A DNA stretch of 64,000 bases from Antedon mediterranea (Eukaryota > Animalia > Echinodermata): assembly GCF_964355755.1 (NCBI RefSeq), contig NC_092672.1, forward strand, positions 35,408,437 through 35,472,436. Reading direction: 5' to 3'. Position 1 is the stretch's first letter. The number at the start of each line of letters is the position of its first letter. Below the pieces are notes generated by a model that was not told the DNA's origin, ran no database searches, and saw only the letters and a list, made by a program, of their open reading frames with translations. Shown here piece after piece: positions 13,696-26,222 of the stretch. The position numbers and the translations under genes are program-made.

Positions 13696-15661
13696 CACAT
13701 CGTCATCGTGTTTATGAATTTATTTATATCGAACGATATACGCGATGTTTATAATTGTCCGCGTATAAGAATTCATATAAATAAATACATTCCAATACAA
13801 CGTATATTATTACTTGTTTATTTATCACAGTATACATTTTAGTTGAGGAATATTTATCATAACTATTATAATAGCTTTTATACGAGTCAGAGGCCTAGCC
13901 CTATTAGCGACCGATTGTTCCAGGGGTGGAAAGTCACTTAGTGACGTTGTGATCGGGCGCGTCGGGCCTAGCTAATATTAATAATATGACCTGAAATAAG
14001 CGGCTAACAAGAACTGTTATATACTTGCTTACAATTGTTTTGTTATTGATGAACAAACAAGCAATTAGATTGAATAACAAATTATTTATTCATTTTTTGG
14101 GGGTAAAAACATGTACAAACTAGTACTGTATAATAGAAATTATAATAATAGTAATATTAAACTAATACAGTATTAATAAAATATAAAATAGGCCTAAAAT
14201 ACAATAAATATTCAATTTTTAAGGTCTACCACATGACAATAACATAATTTACAGAGTATAGTGTAGTAGGTTTGCATTCAACATAAATATTTGTATTGTA
14301 ATTCATCTAAATCCTCTGCAACATACATATATATTTGTAATTCAACATGTTGTTTTAAATAATTAAATTATAGTTTGGGTATGACAATGTCGATAGGTAC
14401 CGGTGTCATCTTTTTATCCACTTCACTCTCAGTTTGAAGTCACAAAGACAAAGAACTCTGCATCATCAACGATTCCTGAAAGTGTCAGAAAAAATAATAA
14501 ACATTATTTTAAAAAAACGTTAATGTCTGGTTGTATATATAATTATAATATAATATTATATGATGACATAAAAGTAAGGCAAATGGAAGCTGTATTTTAT
14601 TAATTAAATTACAGTATTTACTATTATTATTTATATAATCTAGGCCTACTACTAGTACTAGTAGCCTGCTAGGCATCTATTGAGCCTAATAAATAAAATA
14701 ATAAATGAAAAATAAAATAATAATATTAATACTGATTGAAAAAAAGTTTTTTTTTTGCGGGGATCAGATCACCAGGCTAGGCCGGCCAGGACCAATGATA
14801 CTCGTAATCAGTACAACATTAACGACTATCGGATCAGCATCAACACAGTACAACACACGTCTCGCTATCGCCTATACTGACACACGTGTCTCGCGTTGCC
14901 GAAACCACGCTCACAGCTAGAAAATGTACCTACCTTTCGAGGCCTGAGAATACACCAACAAATTTTGAACAGGATAGAAATATATCATACTCGATTAAAC
15001 TAATATTATTCTTGATAAAACAATTGATTATAATTGTTTTAATTTGTTGGGATGCACCTCCGACTATTCAGAAAATGGACAACAAAACAGTAGTCAAATC
15101 GTACCACATTTATAAATTTCACGAGTCCCGACTTCAGTCGCCGAATGTATTGTATTAGCTTCGGTTTCTTTGAAGGAAACCGATTGGTTATTCAATAATA
15201 CTTATTAGGAAATGCTTTTACCATAATAGGTAATGTTGGGCGGGTCTTAAATATTTATGAGAGCTTAAAATAAAACAGCACTTATTTGCTAGGCGACGAA
15301 AAATCGTGGTTTCAGTTTTCAACGATAGGTGGCGCTTCAAAATCGTCAATGCGGAAGTAAGTCGATTTTACACGATTTAACGGTCAAAACGCGAAGTGGC
15401 TTTCCCACTATAAAGACTCACAAATTCATTTAAAGCCTCATACATGCAACAAGAACTACTCCGCCACCTATTATGGACCTTGTGCGATCGTGTTTTTGAA
15501 AACGGGTAGGTGTTTTCCAAAGTTATTTTTAGCGCGCGGATTTGGGCTCGCCAGCTTTTTCTATTAAAATAGTTAACATGGAATAAAATAAACCCTTAAA
15601 CAAGATCTTTCCAGACATATATTTTTTAATCACATGGGTACATAACATAAGAAATACTATG

Positions 15662-16213
15662 TTTAGTCGCGTGCAACGCGACTCTACAGTTCACTATGTC
15701 GGTCAGTCGATCGGTCGGTAAACACTAACTTGTATATATTGATATCACTTTCATCTAGCTAAGTCAATTTTTCAAAGTATGTTCCTTATGGCCAGGAAAG
15801 GATGTGGTTATGTTTTCACGGTGCGCAATCAAAAATTACGCGGTCTACGCACGATTTAACGAAATCACGTTTGTAATCATATCTTCACCAGCATGAATAA
15901 ATCACAATTAAATAAAATTTGGTACTCATAACTTTCAGGGCATAAATCATCATATGACAATACAATTACGTGCGTAGCGCATGTAACGCGCTTAAAATTT
16001 TCAAAATTTATTTTCGATGAAATAAGCGTACGTTTCAGGAAATTTTAAACGTTTAATGTGTTTCCCATATTTTAAATTCAGTTCCATTTGCATCGTGCAG
16101 CCCTATTTTTAGTCGCGTGCAACGCGAATCTACAGCTCACTATGTTGGTCGGTCGTTTGGTCGGTAAACACTAAGTTGAGCACGCGACGTCTGCAGCCAT
16201 GTATGGCCTTGTT
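15662..16213 (+). mobile_element. Helentron-associated (HINE/DINE-1-like) element
   Basis: TTT start, subterminal IR AGTCGCGTG ... CACGCGAC, GTCG/GTCT microsatellite, 3' end GCCATGTATGGCCTTGTT; homologous to 30264-34890; left end repeated near 16107. Confidence 0.7.
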
Positions 16214-16217
16214 AACT

Positions 16218-18365
16218 TCAAAGACACGTTACTATTTGAAACGTGTTCGAATCGCCGTAACAACAATCCGCTTCATTGGAATACCTGTTAGTCATAATTT
16301 TATACCAATTTTCAGACAGTTGTTTGTTAAAATATTCTTCAATTTCTTTCCGAATGCATTTTTCGAGGATCATTTTTTTACTCTCTTCTTCAGCCTTATT
16401 CCGTAGTAATACTTTAAAAAGAGATACAATTCCAGCAATTGCAACAGCTGCGTATAGCTTCACTTCCTTTAACTCATCGAAATCGTCAATGACCTTTAGC
16501 GTTGAGAAGCCTACCCAAATTACTAGACTCAGAATTAGAACTTTCATGATGATAGTTTGAAGTTGGATCTCTGTCGGTCGATACTTCTGAACAATCAAGT
16601 CAAAGAGAGTTTTATCAACGGCAATTAAGCCTTCAGTATCCTGCCGGATTGCGGGTAAAGATGTGCTATCATTTGGTGCAGATCCAAAAGTTTCATTGGA
16701 AGGAGTCTCGTTAGGTGGTACTGTGCTATTGGAAGCCGAAGCTGACATTAACTCCATTCCTTCTTCATAATCATTTTCGTCGGGAAGTTCATGATTTGTA
16801 AATTGTGGAAAAGGGGAAAGTTTATCACCAGAAACGTGCACCTTGTTATCTTTGATTAACTCATCAAATGCCGAAATCACTTGCCGTAGGAGAACCACAT
16901 ATCCTTTGTAATAACCGGTTATAGTTGAAACAACGTAACCAATCACAATCACAACCATAGCTGCAACGACTCCAGCGGTACCAGGGTTCACCAGCAAGCC
17001 GACGTAGAAGTATAATAGAATCTTATATATGTACGTAAAGATACATTCTAATTTGAACATCAGAACACAATGAAATATAAAATGACCGAAAGAAATGCAG
17101 TAACCTCCAAAATGCTTCAAATTTGCATAACTGTGAAATAATGGCCGAGTAAACATAAGAACATTCAACACATATCGGATACATAATAACGGTAATAATA
17201 ACGGTACTACAAGAAGTTTGAGTGACAAACACCTACCACTTGCAGAATTATCTTTCCAATACGAAATTGAAAAAGGCAACCTAACGCTTTCCTTCATGTC
17301 ACACGCAATTCTATGTAAAACGCTGTAATTAATTTGTGGAAGATTCGAACACGAACTATTTTCGTTTTTTTCTCTTAATTCAGCTTCAATGAAATGATGA
17401 TACTTTAGCCATGTTATCAACATAATAAGGCCTAACAATATATACAACAAATTAATAGAGATTTCCGAAATCGAAAATATAGGGCTATCATAAAACATTG
17501 TTGTAAAGCGATGCTTAAAACCTTCGCTGTCACAGACATAAGCAATGATGTAAGGTACATATTGTAGCGTACCGAAAAGTGTCCATAGTATCAGCCAACG
17601 AAAAACAAAAATACAATTATGTTCATTTCCACTATACAATAAAAAATACTTAGGACCCATTGGTAGATCAGTCCGTAAGCTAAAATATTCTTTTCCGTTC
17701 TCAGTCATTGGTTTTACGTGACACAAATAGGAGACAAAGAACAATTCAAACTTCAATGAAGTTAATGTGGCAGTAATCCAGTAGAGACACCGGAACCAGA
17801 CATTATTAATAAATATATGAGATTCCACTGAACTATCATCTTCTGAAATTTGCCAGCAATCAAAGTACGTTCTGCGTTGAAGAATACTAGAAATAGAAAC
17901 CCAAGTTATTGAATACAGCCTTCGCTCAATACAAACCTTTTGTTTCACATTGTCTTCACTTATACGCTGCAAAATAGACATTGCGATAATGTTTAATTTG
18001 TCTTCGTTGTCAACATCAAAGAAACACTTGGGTACTGATGTGACCTTTAGGAAGATATGTTCAACACCAGGAGATAGAGCTCCAAGTGACAGATATTCAA
18101 AATCAGAAGAAAAAGTCAAAAGGAGTTTACCAATTTTCTCGCTAATCATCACCCAGCGGTTGATATCAACCGCTGATACTTGTGTAGCAAAATCAGAAGA
18201 ATCAACAAAATTCAACAACTTTATGTTGATAGAGACAGCATCACCTTTCAAGAGTTCTTGCAAGACATCTGTGCCATCTATCTCCAATAGACAGGTAGTG
18301 TCTCTGGATGACGTCACAATACACATGGCTGCCAGAAGAAGTAAGATGCTCCGAAAACGTGTCAT
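16218..18365 (-). CDS. Uncharacterised multi-pass membrane protein, paralog 1 (715 aa): signal peptide, Cys-containing ectodomain, ~9 TM helices
   Basis: Uninterrupted 715-aa ORF, ACCATG start context, hydrophobic N-terminus, many hydrophobic segments; three paralogs in window; splice acceptor TTATTTTCAG just upstream of the ATG. Confidence 0.88.
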   Translation of the reverse strand: MTRFRSILLLLAAMCIVTSSRDTTCLLEIDGTDVLQELLKGDAVSINIKLLNFVDSSDFATQVSAVDINRWVMISEKIGKLLLTFSSDFEYLSLGALSPGVEHIFLKVTSVPKCFFDVDNEDKLNIIAMSILQRISEDNVKQKVCIERRLYSITWVSISSILQRRTYFDCWQISEDDSSVESHIFINNVWFRCLYWITATLTSLKFELFFVSYLCHVKPMTENGKEYFSLRTDLPMGPKYFLLYSGNEHNCIFVFRWLILWTLFGTLQYVPYIIAYVCDSEGFKHRFTTMFYDSPIFSISEISINLLYILLGLIMLITWLKYHHFIEAELREKNENSSCSNLPQINYSVLHRIACDMKESVRLPFSISYWKDNSASGRCLSLKLLVVPLLLPLLCIRYVLNVLMFTRPLFHSYANLKHFGGYCISFGHFIFHCVLMFKLECIFTYIYKILLYFYVGLLVNPGTAGVVAAMVVIVIGYVVSTITGYYKGYVVLLRQVISAFDELIKDNKVHVSGDKLSPFPQFTNHELPDENDYEEGMELMSASASNSTVPPNETPSNETFGSAPNDSTSLPAIRQDTEGLIAVDKTLFDLIVQKYRPTEIQLQTIIMKVLILSLVIWVGFSTLKVIDDFDELKEVKLYAAVAIAGIVSLFKVLLRNKAEEESKKMILEKCIRKEIEEYFNKQLSENWYKIMTNRYSNEADCCYGDSNTFQIVTCL

Positions 18366-18947
18366 GGTTTAAAGAGTAAATATGATGACCCTGAAAATAA
18401 TCAATTAATATACCTACATTTTGTAGATGAAGTTTTGTTATGGTACTATTTTATGTATTAATCCATGATTCGCGTAGCTTGTCCATAGGGGTAATTTGTG
18501 TGTTCCTCTTTAATTTTAACAGGATTTTTACCAAATAAACCATACCTTACATTACTGTATTTTACACCCCGCATGCATTCAAACTAATCACCTATAGTAC
18601 CCTATGATTAGTATATTTAGGCCATAATTAAAGATGTCAATCAAGAGAACATGTCAACTTATATTGAAGTGGAAATGTCGTAATTTTTACATTTATTGGT
18701 ACACAAAATAACTGAAAGAGCATTTATTTTTATAGGATACTCAGACGCCATTTTCAATCAAGCTCATGTGAAACCTGTTCCGGCGGAAAATGGTTTCTAC
18801 GGTACAAAATTAAATTGTATAATAGCAAAATATTATATTCAATACAATACTGTAACTTACAATATTGTATGTAAGGCTTATAAACATGAATTTATTTTGT
18901 GAATATCCAAGCAAAGGTATACTATAGATGCGATTGGAATAACTTAC

Positions 18948-19078
18948 CAGTGACGACGAATAAGTGATCAAAACGAAATGATTACCAACAGTGACACTAT
19001 TAGAAGTTGGTAAGAAGCAGCAAAGCAGAAGTTTGTTTTATGTAATTTGAATAGTATTAGTAGTCGGCCTGACTTGCA
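18948..19078 (-). other. Putative non-coding upstream exon of paralog 1
   Basis: Minus-strand donor CTG|GTAAGT at 18948/18947, T-tract+AG acceptor near 19079; intron to acceptor at 18391; same arrangement in paralog 4 (~58905-59041). Confidence 0.45.
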
Positions 19079-19419
19079 CTAAAAAAAACGGAGGAATATA
19101 AATACAAATGATCAAATGTCGATGAGAGAAATAAATATAATTTTATTATGAAACGATATATTAAAATGATACATTGGTGGTTATTAATTTCGAAATTGTA
19201 AAACGGTTTTGAATTGGCCTCAATTGAATATAAACAATTTCCTTGTACATTCGACCGACGTGCATGGATACTAGCTGTATGTACAAAATCGAATAACTAA
19301 AGACTTGTATTAAGTCATCATAAATATAACATTTTTTTTGTATTTACAAAATAAGTTTAGATATGGGTAAAAAGATATCACATACTCTCATTAACTGGAG
19401 GAAACAATTTAGTATACCT

Positions 19420-20065
19420 TTGATCATGTAATATGCCGCCTAGAAATAAATTTTGTCATTTCCCAAATTGTTTTATTTTCTGCACATTCTATCTTGGTGT
19501 TCTTTATTGTTTCTATAATAGCCTTTACGTAGTTGGGATACTGTAATAAACTATAGGCCTAGTGTTCAGCTTCCAAAAACCAGGAAAGTGTTACTAATGA
19601 ATGGTCAGTTTTAAAGCCTGATAAAAATAAAATAAAATCAATAAATATTAAAATCACCTCCAATGATAATAGGGGTTTTTTCCGAATTCTTCAATTTTGT
19701 CATTTGTCAGTTCAAAAGCTACTGTCATCATTATTGGGTCCGTAAATGTTTGCAATAGTAAATAATTGTTCATTAATTGCAATGATTATTCTACCATTGT
19801 TATACCGATAAACATTATCGAATTCGTATGTGGCATACGGTTTAAAAAGTACACATACTCCGGCAGAATTGCATGTGCCATTACTGAATATTATGTTGTG
19901 CCTCCATTCGTTTCGCTATGTTGATTCTAATTCGATTGTGCAGTGTGTTTCTTGTAACAAATAAATGGAAAGGGCTGATCCTCCTGTAACCAATTAAAAA
20001 CCGTCCGACGCTTAAACGAGTTCCTTGCGCCCCATACATTCAAACTACATATTTCTACGTTTGCC
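19420..20065 (-). mobile_element. Degenerate L1/Tx1-type LINE ORF2 endonuclease fragment
   Basis: Homologous to the translated copies (CSLNV..G, LQETH, EWG..I.FSNG.. motifs of L1-type APE endonucleases); copies at ~21650-22262, ~23830-24401, ~59373-59930. Confidence 0.75.
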
Positions 20066-21124
20066 ACAGGGTAGTACGGTATGGTGGTTATTGTAACAAC
20101 CTACTGATTTAAGGTTAATACTCAAGAAGGCCAATACAAATTTAAATAAAAATAAAAATTGATACCACAAAGTAGTGATTATATCTCTAGTAAAGTATAC
20201 TACGTCAAAAAAGTCCAAAGAAACGTCGTATGGCTATTTATAAATACGGCAGCCAGGTCTATCATGAGAAAAAATAAAAAATCATACTACATACCTGTAC
20301 TTCACAAGTGAGCGTCATGTAATTAAGAAGATAAGGTAGATAATAACCTGTTTTGGTGTGGAATGGAAAGTTTTACCACTGATCATTTCTTTTACTGTGT
20401 AATCATCCGTCAGAATTACTAGGCATAATATAACAAATCATTACATTACGGTTAATAATCATTAATAGCAGAATAAACATAAATATTATTTAAGCAATAT
20501 GGTTAGGGAGCCAGAAAGGGTTTACCTGCACCCTCTAGCAACCACTGGTCAGAAAGTGATAATTGTGGTCTCAAATTACTCGCAAACTATATGTTTATAT
20601 TTATTCTAATGTATTGATAATCATAAAACTGCCAATAAACCCCTAGTTTTGACTTTTGACATACCGCCGGCACAAACATTTGTGGAGAACATTTTTCATA
20701 TCTCAGTTGTTGTTGTTGTTGTTGTTGTTGGGCTAATAATTATATTATTAATGTGCATGCGCAGACGCACGTAATGTGTTCTGCGCATGTTACCTCAGCT
20801 TATTTTAAAAAGTCATTTATATACATTTGACAAAAACAAAAGCACTGCTTTAGGTCAAAGCTTTTAATTAGAAATTTATCTTCTAGAAAATTTGTATACA
20901 AATACAAATGCAGCGAAGGCAGCACTATTTTACAAATTAGCAAATTTACAAATATATAAATAAGGATTCAGTCATTTGTTGATACTTGGCCAGCCTAGCT
21001 TGCTAAGTATACAAACATAATTTTGCACTTTCTTCTATTTCCATACCATGATATTTAAACCATAATCATGCTTTTTAATATAATTATAAAGAATCAATAA
21101 ATGTCCTGATTACAAACATAACAC

Positions 21125-21580
21125 AATAGAACCCTTCCACTCTATTCAAAGCATCTCACCTCTATTCAGGGGACACTATCCTGCAAAACAAATGAGAGGC
21201 AATATATACCACTATTCAGGGGACACCACTATTCAGGGCACAACCCTATTCAGGGGACACCACTATTCAGGGGACATCCCTATTCAGAGGACACCACTAT
21301 TCAGGGGACATCCCTATTCAGGGGACACCACTATTCAGGGGATACCACTATTCAGGGACACCACTATTCAGGGGACACTATCCTGTGAAACGAATGAGAG
21401 GCAATATATAATTATTTCAACATTATGACCTGAACCTATTCAGGGGACAATCATTTTCCTGTGAAACGAATGAGAGGCAATATATATTTGAACACTACGA
21501 CCTGCATCTATTCAGGGGACACCACTATTCAGGGGGCACAACTATTCAGGGGACACCACTATTCAGAGGACACCACTATC
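21125..21580 (+). repeat. 17-bp CACTATTCAGGGGACAC array, probably DNA-transposon subterminal repeats
   Basis: Period 17 (CTATTCAG at 21263, 21280, 21297); duplicated at ~23308-23762. Confidence 0.8.
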
Positions 21581-23307
21581 CATCCAAAACCCAGGAAAGG
21601 GTTATTAATGAATGGTCAGTTTAAAAGGCTGATATAATTGAAGTGTCGTTTACTTGTGACCATAGAGAATTTGAGATAAGACAATAGTCAATTTTACAAT
21701 ATATTGGTGGTTTGAGTGCCATGTAAATAATTGCTTCTTTCGGTTTTATATTCTCCAAATATCAATTAAATTTAATTTGTCTATAATTAATTGTATTTAT
21801 TTGCTCGGTGCCTTTTGTATGCGTTTTTGTATTAAAATCACCTCCAATGATAATAGGTTTTTTCTGAATTCTTCAGAAAAGCTACTGTCATCATTATTGG
21901 GTCCGTAAATGTTTGCAATGGTAAATAATTTTTCATTAATTGACATGTTTGCAATGATTATGATACCATTTTCATCCCGATAAACATTATCGAATTTGTA
22001 TGTGGCTTTGGTTTATAAAGTACACATACTCTGGCAGAATTATTGGATGTGCCATTACTGAATAATATGTTGTGCCCCCATTCTTTTTGCCATTTTGTTT
22101 CCAATTCGCTGGTGCAATGTGTTTCTTGTAACAAATAAATGGAAAGGGCTGATCCTGTAACCAATTAAAAACCGCCCAATATGACCCAATAGGCCTTGAT
22201 GGGTTAAACGAGTTCCTTGCGCCCCATACATTCAAACTACATATTATTTCTACGTTTGCCACAGGGTAGTACGGTATGGTGGTTATTGTAACAACGTACT
22301 GATTTAAGGTTAATACTCAAGAAGGCCAATAAAAATTTAAATAAAAATTAAAAATTCATACCACAAGGTAGTGATTATATATCTAGTAAAGTATACTACG
22401 TCAAAAAAGTCACGTCGTATGGCTATTTATAAATACGGCAGCCATGTCTATCATGAGAAAAAATAAAAAATCATACTACATACCTGTACTTCACAAGTGA
22501 GCGTCATGTAATTAAGAAGATAAGGTAGATAATAACCTGTTTTAGTGTGGAATGGAAAGTTTTACCATTGATCATTTCTTTTACTGTGTAATCGTCCGTC
22601 AGCATTACTAGGCATAATATAACAAATCATTACATTACGGTTTAATGATCATTAATAGCAGAATAAACATACATATTATTTAAGCAATATGGTTGGGGAG
22701 CCAGAAAGGGTTTACCTGCACCCTCTAGCAACCACTGGTCAGAAAGTGATAATTGAGATCTCAAATTACTCGCTAACTATATGTTTATATTTATTCTAAT
22801 GTATTAATCATCATAAAACTGCCAATAAACCCCTAGTTTTGACCTTTGACATACCGCTGGCACAAACATTTTTGGAGCACATTTTTCATATCTCAGTTGT
22901 TGTTGTTGTTGGGCTAATAATTATATCATTAATGTGCATGCGCAGACGCACGTAATGTGTTCTGCGCATGTTACCTCAGCTTATTTTAAAAAGTCATTAT
23001 ATACTTGACAAAAACAAAAGCACTGCTTTAATCAAAGCTTTTAATTAGAAATTTATCTTCTAGAAAATTTGTATACAAATACAAATGCAGCGAAGGCAGT
23101 AGCACTATTTTACAAATTAGCATATTTACAAATATATAAATAAGGATTCAGTCATTTGTTGATACTTGGCCAGCCTAGCTTGCTAAGTATGCAAACATAA
23201 TTGTTGCACTTTCTTCTTCTAATTCCATATCATGATTTGGTAACAAGGAACTTTAAATGCTTTTTAACATAAAAAATCAATAAATGTCCTGATTACAAAC
23301 ATAACAC

Positions 23308-23762
23308 AATAGAACCCTTCCACTCTATTCAAAGCATCTCACCTCTATTCAGGGGACACTATCCTGCAAAACAAATGAGAGGCAATATATACCACTATTC
23401 AGGGGACACCACTATTCAGGGCACAACCCTATTCAGGGGACACCACTATTCAGGGGACATCCCTATTCAGAGGACACCACTATTCAGGGGACATCCCTAT
23501 TCAGGGGACACCACTATTCAGGGGATACCACTATTCAGGGACACCACTATTCAGGGGACACTATCCTGTGAAACGAATGAGAGGCAATATATAATTATTT
23601 CAACATTATGATCTGAACCTATTCAGGGGACAATCATTTTCCTGTGAAACGAATGAGAGGCAATATATATTTGAACACTACGACCTGCATCTATTCAGGG
23701 GACACCACTATTCAGGGGGCACAACTATTCAGGGGACACCACTATTCAGAGGACACCACTAT
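23308..23762 (+). repeat. 17-bp array, duplicate copy
   Basis: Near-identical to 21125-21580. Confidence 0.8.
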
Positions 23763-23829
23763 CCATCCAAAACCCAGGAAAGGGTTATTAATGAATGGTC
23801 AGTTTAAAAGGCTGATATAATTGAAGTGT

Positions 23830-24401
23830 CGTTTACTTGTGACCATAGAGAATTTGAGATAAGACAATAGTCAATTTTACAATATATTGGTGGTTTGAGT
23901 GCCATGTAAATAATTGCTTCTTTCGGTTTTATATTCTCCAAATATCAATTAAATTTAATTTGTCTATAATTAATTGTATTTATTTGCTCGGTGCCTTTTG
24001 TATGCGTTTTTGTATTAAAATCACCTCCAATGATAATAGGTTTTTTCTGAATTCTTCAGAAAAGCTACTGTCATCATTATTGGGTCCGTAAATGTTTGCA
24101 ATGGTAAATAATTTTTCATTAATTGACATGTTTGCAATGATTATGATACCATTTTCATCCCGATAAACATTATCGAATTTGTATGTGGCTTTGGTTTATA
24201 AAGTACACATACTCTGGCAGAATTATTGGATGTGCCATTACTGAATAATATGTTGTGCCCCCATTCTTTTTGCCATTTTGTTTCCAATTCGCTGGTGCAA
24301 TGTGTTTCTTGTAACAAATAAATGGGAAAAGGCTGATCCTGTAACCAATTAAAGAGTTCCTTAGGCCCAACATTCAAACTACATATTTCTACGTTTGCCA
24401 T
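23830..24401 (-). mobile_element. L1/Tx1-type endonuclease fragment (duplicate)
   Basis: ORF MANVEICSLNVGPKELFNWLQDQPFPIYLLQETHCT..EWGHNILFSNGTS. Confidence 0.8.
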
Positions 24402-25142
24402 AGGGTAGTATGGTGGTTATTGTAACAACGTAGTTCTGAATTTAAATAAAATTAAAACATTCATACCACAAAGTAGTGATTATATATCTAGTAAAGTATA
24501 CAACGTTAAAAAAAAAGTCCACAGAAACGTCGTATGGCTGTTTAAATACGGCAACCAGGTCTATCATGAGAAAAAAAATAAAAAATCATACTACATACCT
24601 GTACTTCACAAGTGAGCGTCATGTAATTAAGAAGATAAGGTAGATAATAACCTGTTTTAGTGTGGAATGGAAAGTTTTACCATTGATCATTTCTTTTACT
24701 GTGTAATCGTCCGTCAGCATTACTAGGCATAATATAACAAATCATTACATTACGGTTAATAATCATTAATAGCAGAATAAACATAAATATTATTTAAGCA
24801 ATATGGTTGGGGAGCCAGAAAGGGTTTACCTGCACCCTCTAGCAAACTATATTAATGTTTTCTTTGCTTCCTTATACAAGTCAATTTTTTGCTGTTGGCC
24901 GAAACAAAATTGGGATGCTTGGTCAGAACAAGGGCCAAAAGGTCAAAGTTAAGACTTGGCGTAACTTGGTAACATGGGTGCATTGGAATAATCAGAAGTC
25001 ATAATCATAATTCCCATCTTCAAAAAAAAGTTGTATTTAATACCCAATAGGCCTTGCTTTATAATTAAATAGAGCATTTCATAATACATATATACTATAT
25101 CACGTACTTACACTAGGCCTACTGATTATTAAACAAATAAAA

Positions 25143-26222
25143 TCTATATTATAAGTGAGAGAGTTTGTACGTTTGTGTGTTTGTTTGTTTGTTTGTTTGT
25201 TCTTTATACAAATTTGTGTTACTGTACGTAACCTTACATATGGGGTATCAAAATGACCGCAATTGTACCGGGAAAGTTCTAAACTATATTTGAACATCAT
25301 CCGCCATCTAGGATCCAAGTTAAGGGCCAAAATGTGGTCAAAATGGCCCACTTTTCCCCACTTTCGATGTTTCTTCGTTATACAAATTTCTGTTTCTGCA
25401 TGTAACCATACATGGGGTATCAAAATGATCGCAATTGTACCGAGAAGGTTTTAAACTACATTTCAAAAAGTCCGAGGATTTGGTGGGAGAGCAGGGTTGG
25501 GAGATAGGGTGTGGGAGTTGAGGTTCAGGGGATATTGGGGATTTTGTTTAGGCTAGGAGTAGTAGGCTATCAAATTGACCAGAATTGTGGTTGGAAAATG
25601 TTAAAGTATTTAAATATCCCTGGAGGGGGCTGGGAGTTTGGGGTGGGGATGTAGGCCTATCACCATGACCGAAACTGTATTGGGAATGTTTTAAACTACA
25701 TTTGAAAACTGCCACTGAGGGATTATGGGTTGGGAATGATGGCTAACATAATTTGTACTGGATCCGTTTTAAAAACATCAACCAGTATCTGGGGTGTGTT
25801 GGGAGAAGGAGCGAAAATACTGGCGTAATGAAGTAGCCTATATGATTGAATTGTACTACGAAAAGTTACTACTTTTGAACTGTCCAGGTGAGGAGTTAAG
25901 GTTTGTTGATTGTGGCTGGGATGGTGAGAGGAGAAAGAAAGCTGGGGTACCGAAGTATCAAAATTATATAGTTTAATTATCAGCCAATATGACACCTATT
26001 CATTTACACAGTTTACAACTTACCTAAACCATAGGCCTATCATAGCCAATATACCCCCTCTCAATTTGAAGCTAAAGTTTGATTGAAGTTGTCCTTAACT
26101 GGAAAGAGTGTGGAGAGGGGTTGAGGTTGGTGAGTATAGGGAGATACTGGGGTCGGGTGTTATGTACTGAGAAGGCTTTAAACTAATTTTGAAACTCGCC
26201 CTGGGGCGGGTATAATTGCTAG
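25143..26222 (+). mobile_element. Non-autonomous Helitron
   Basis: A|TC 5' end (ATCTATATTATAAG followed by GTTT microsatellite); 3' GC hairpin CGCCCTGGGGCG then CTAG|T at 26219-26223; no TSD. Confidence 0.78.

Larger units (their letters stand above)
6297..15412. mobile_element. Candidate ~9.1 kb non-autonomous DNA transposon with long diverged TIRs (possibly Transib/Chapaev-like)
   Basis: Left end GACAGCGGAGAGCCGC..TGACCGTTA..CGACTT..CGCATGACG aligns with the reverse complement of the right end TATAGTGGGAAAGCCAC..TGACCGTTA..CGACTT..CGCATTGACG. Motif TAGT(G/C)GGA..TGCATCCCA lies ~350 bp inside both ends (6648; 15047-15067). No transposase ORF seen. Confidence 0.5.
20065..24845. repeat. ~2.18-kb tandem segmental duplication (two units plus a partial third)
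   Basis: Identical spurious ORFs at 21192 and 23375 (offset 2183); third partial unit ~24400-24845. Confidence 0.92.

Noticed and set aside
21192-23611. Identical 78-aa ORFs (GDTTIQG repeats)
   Set aside because: Translation of the 17-bp DNA repeat inside a tandem duplication
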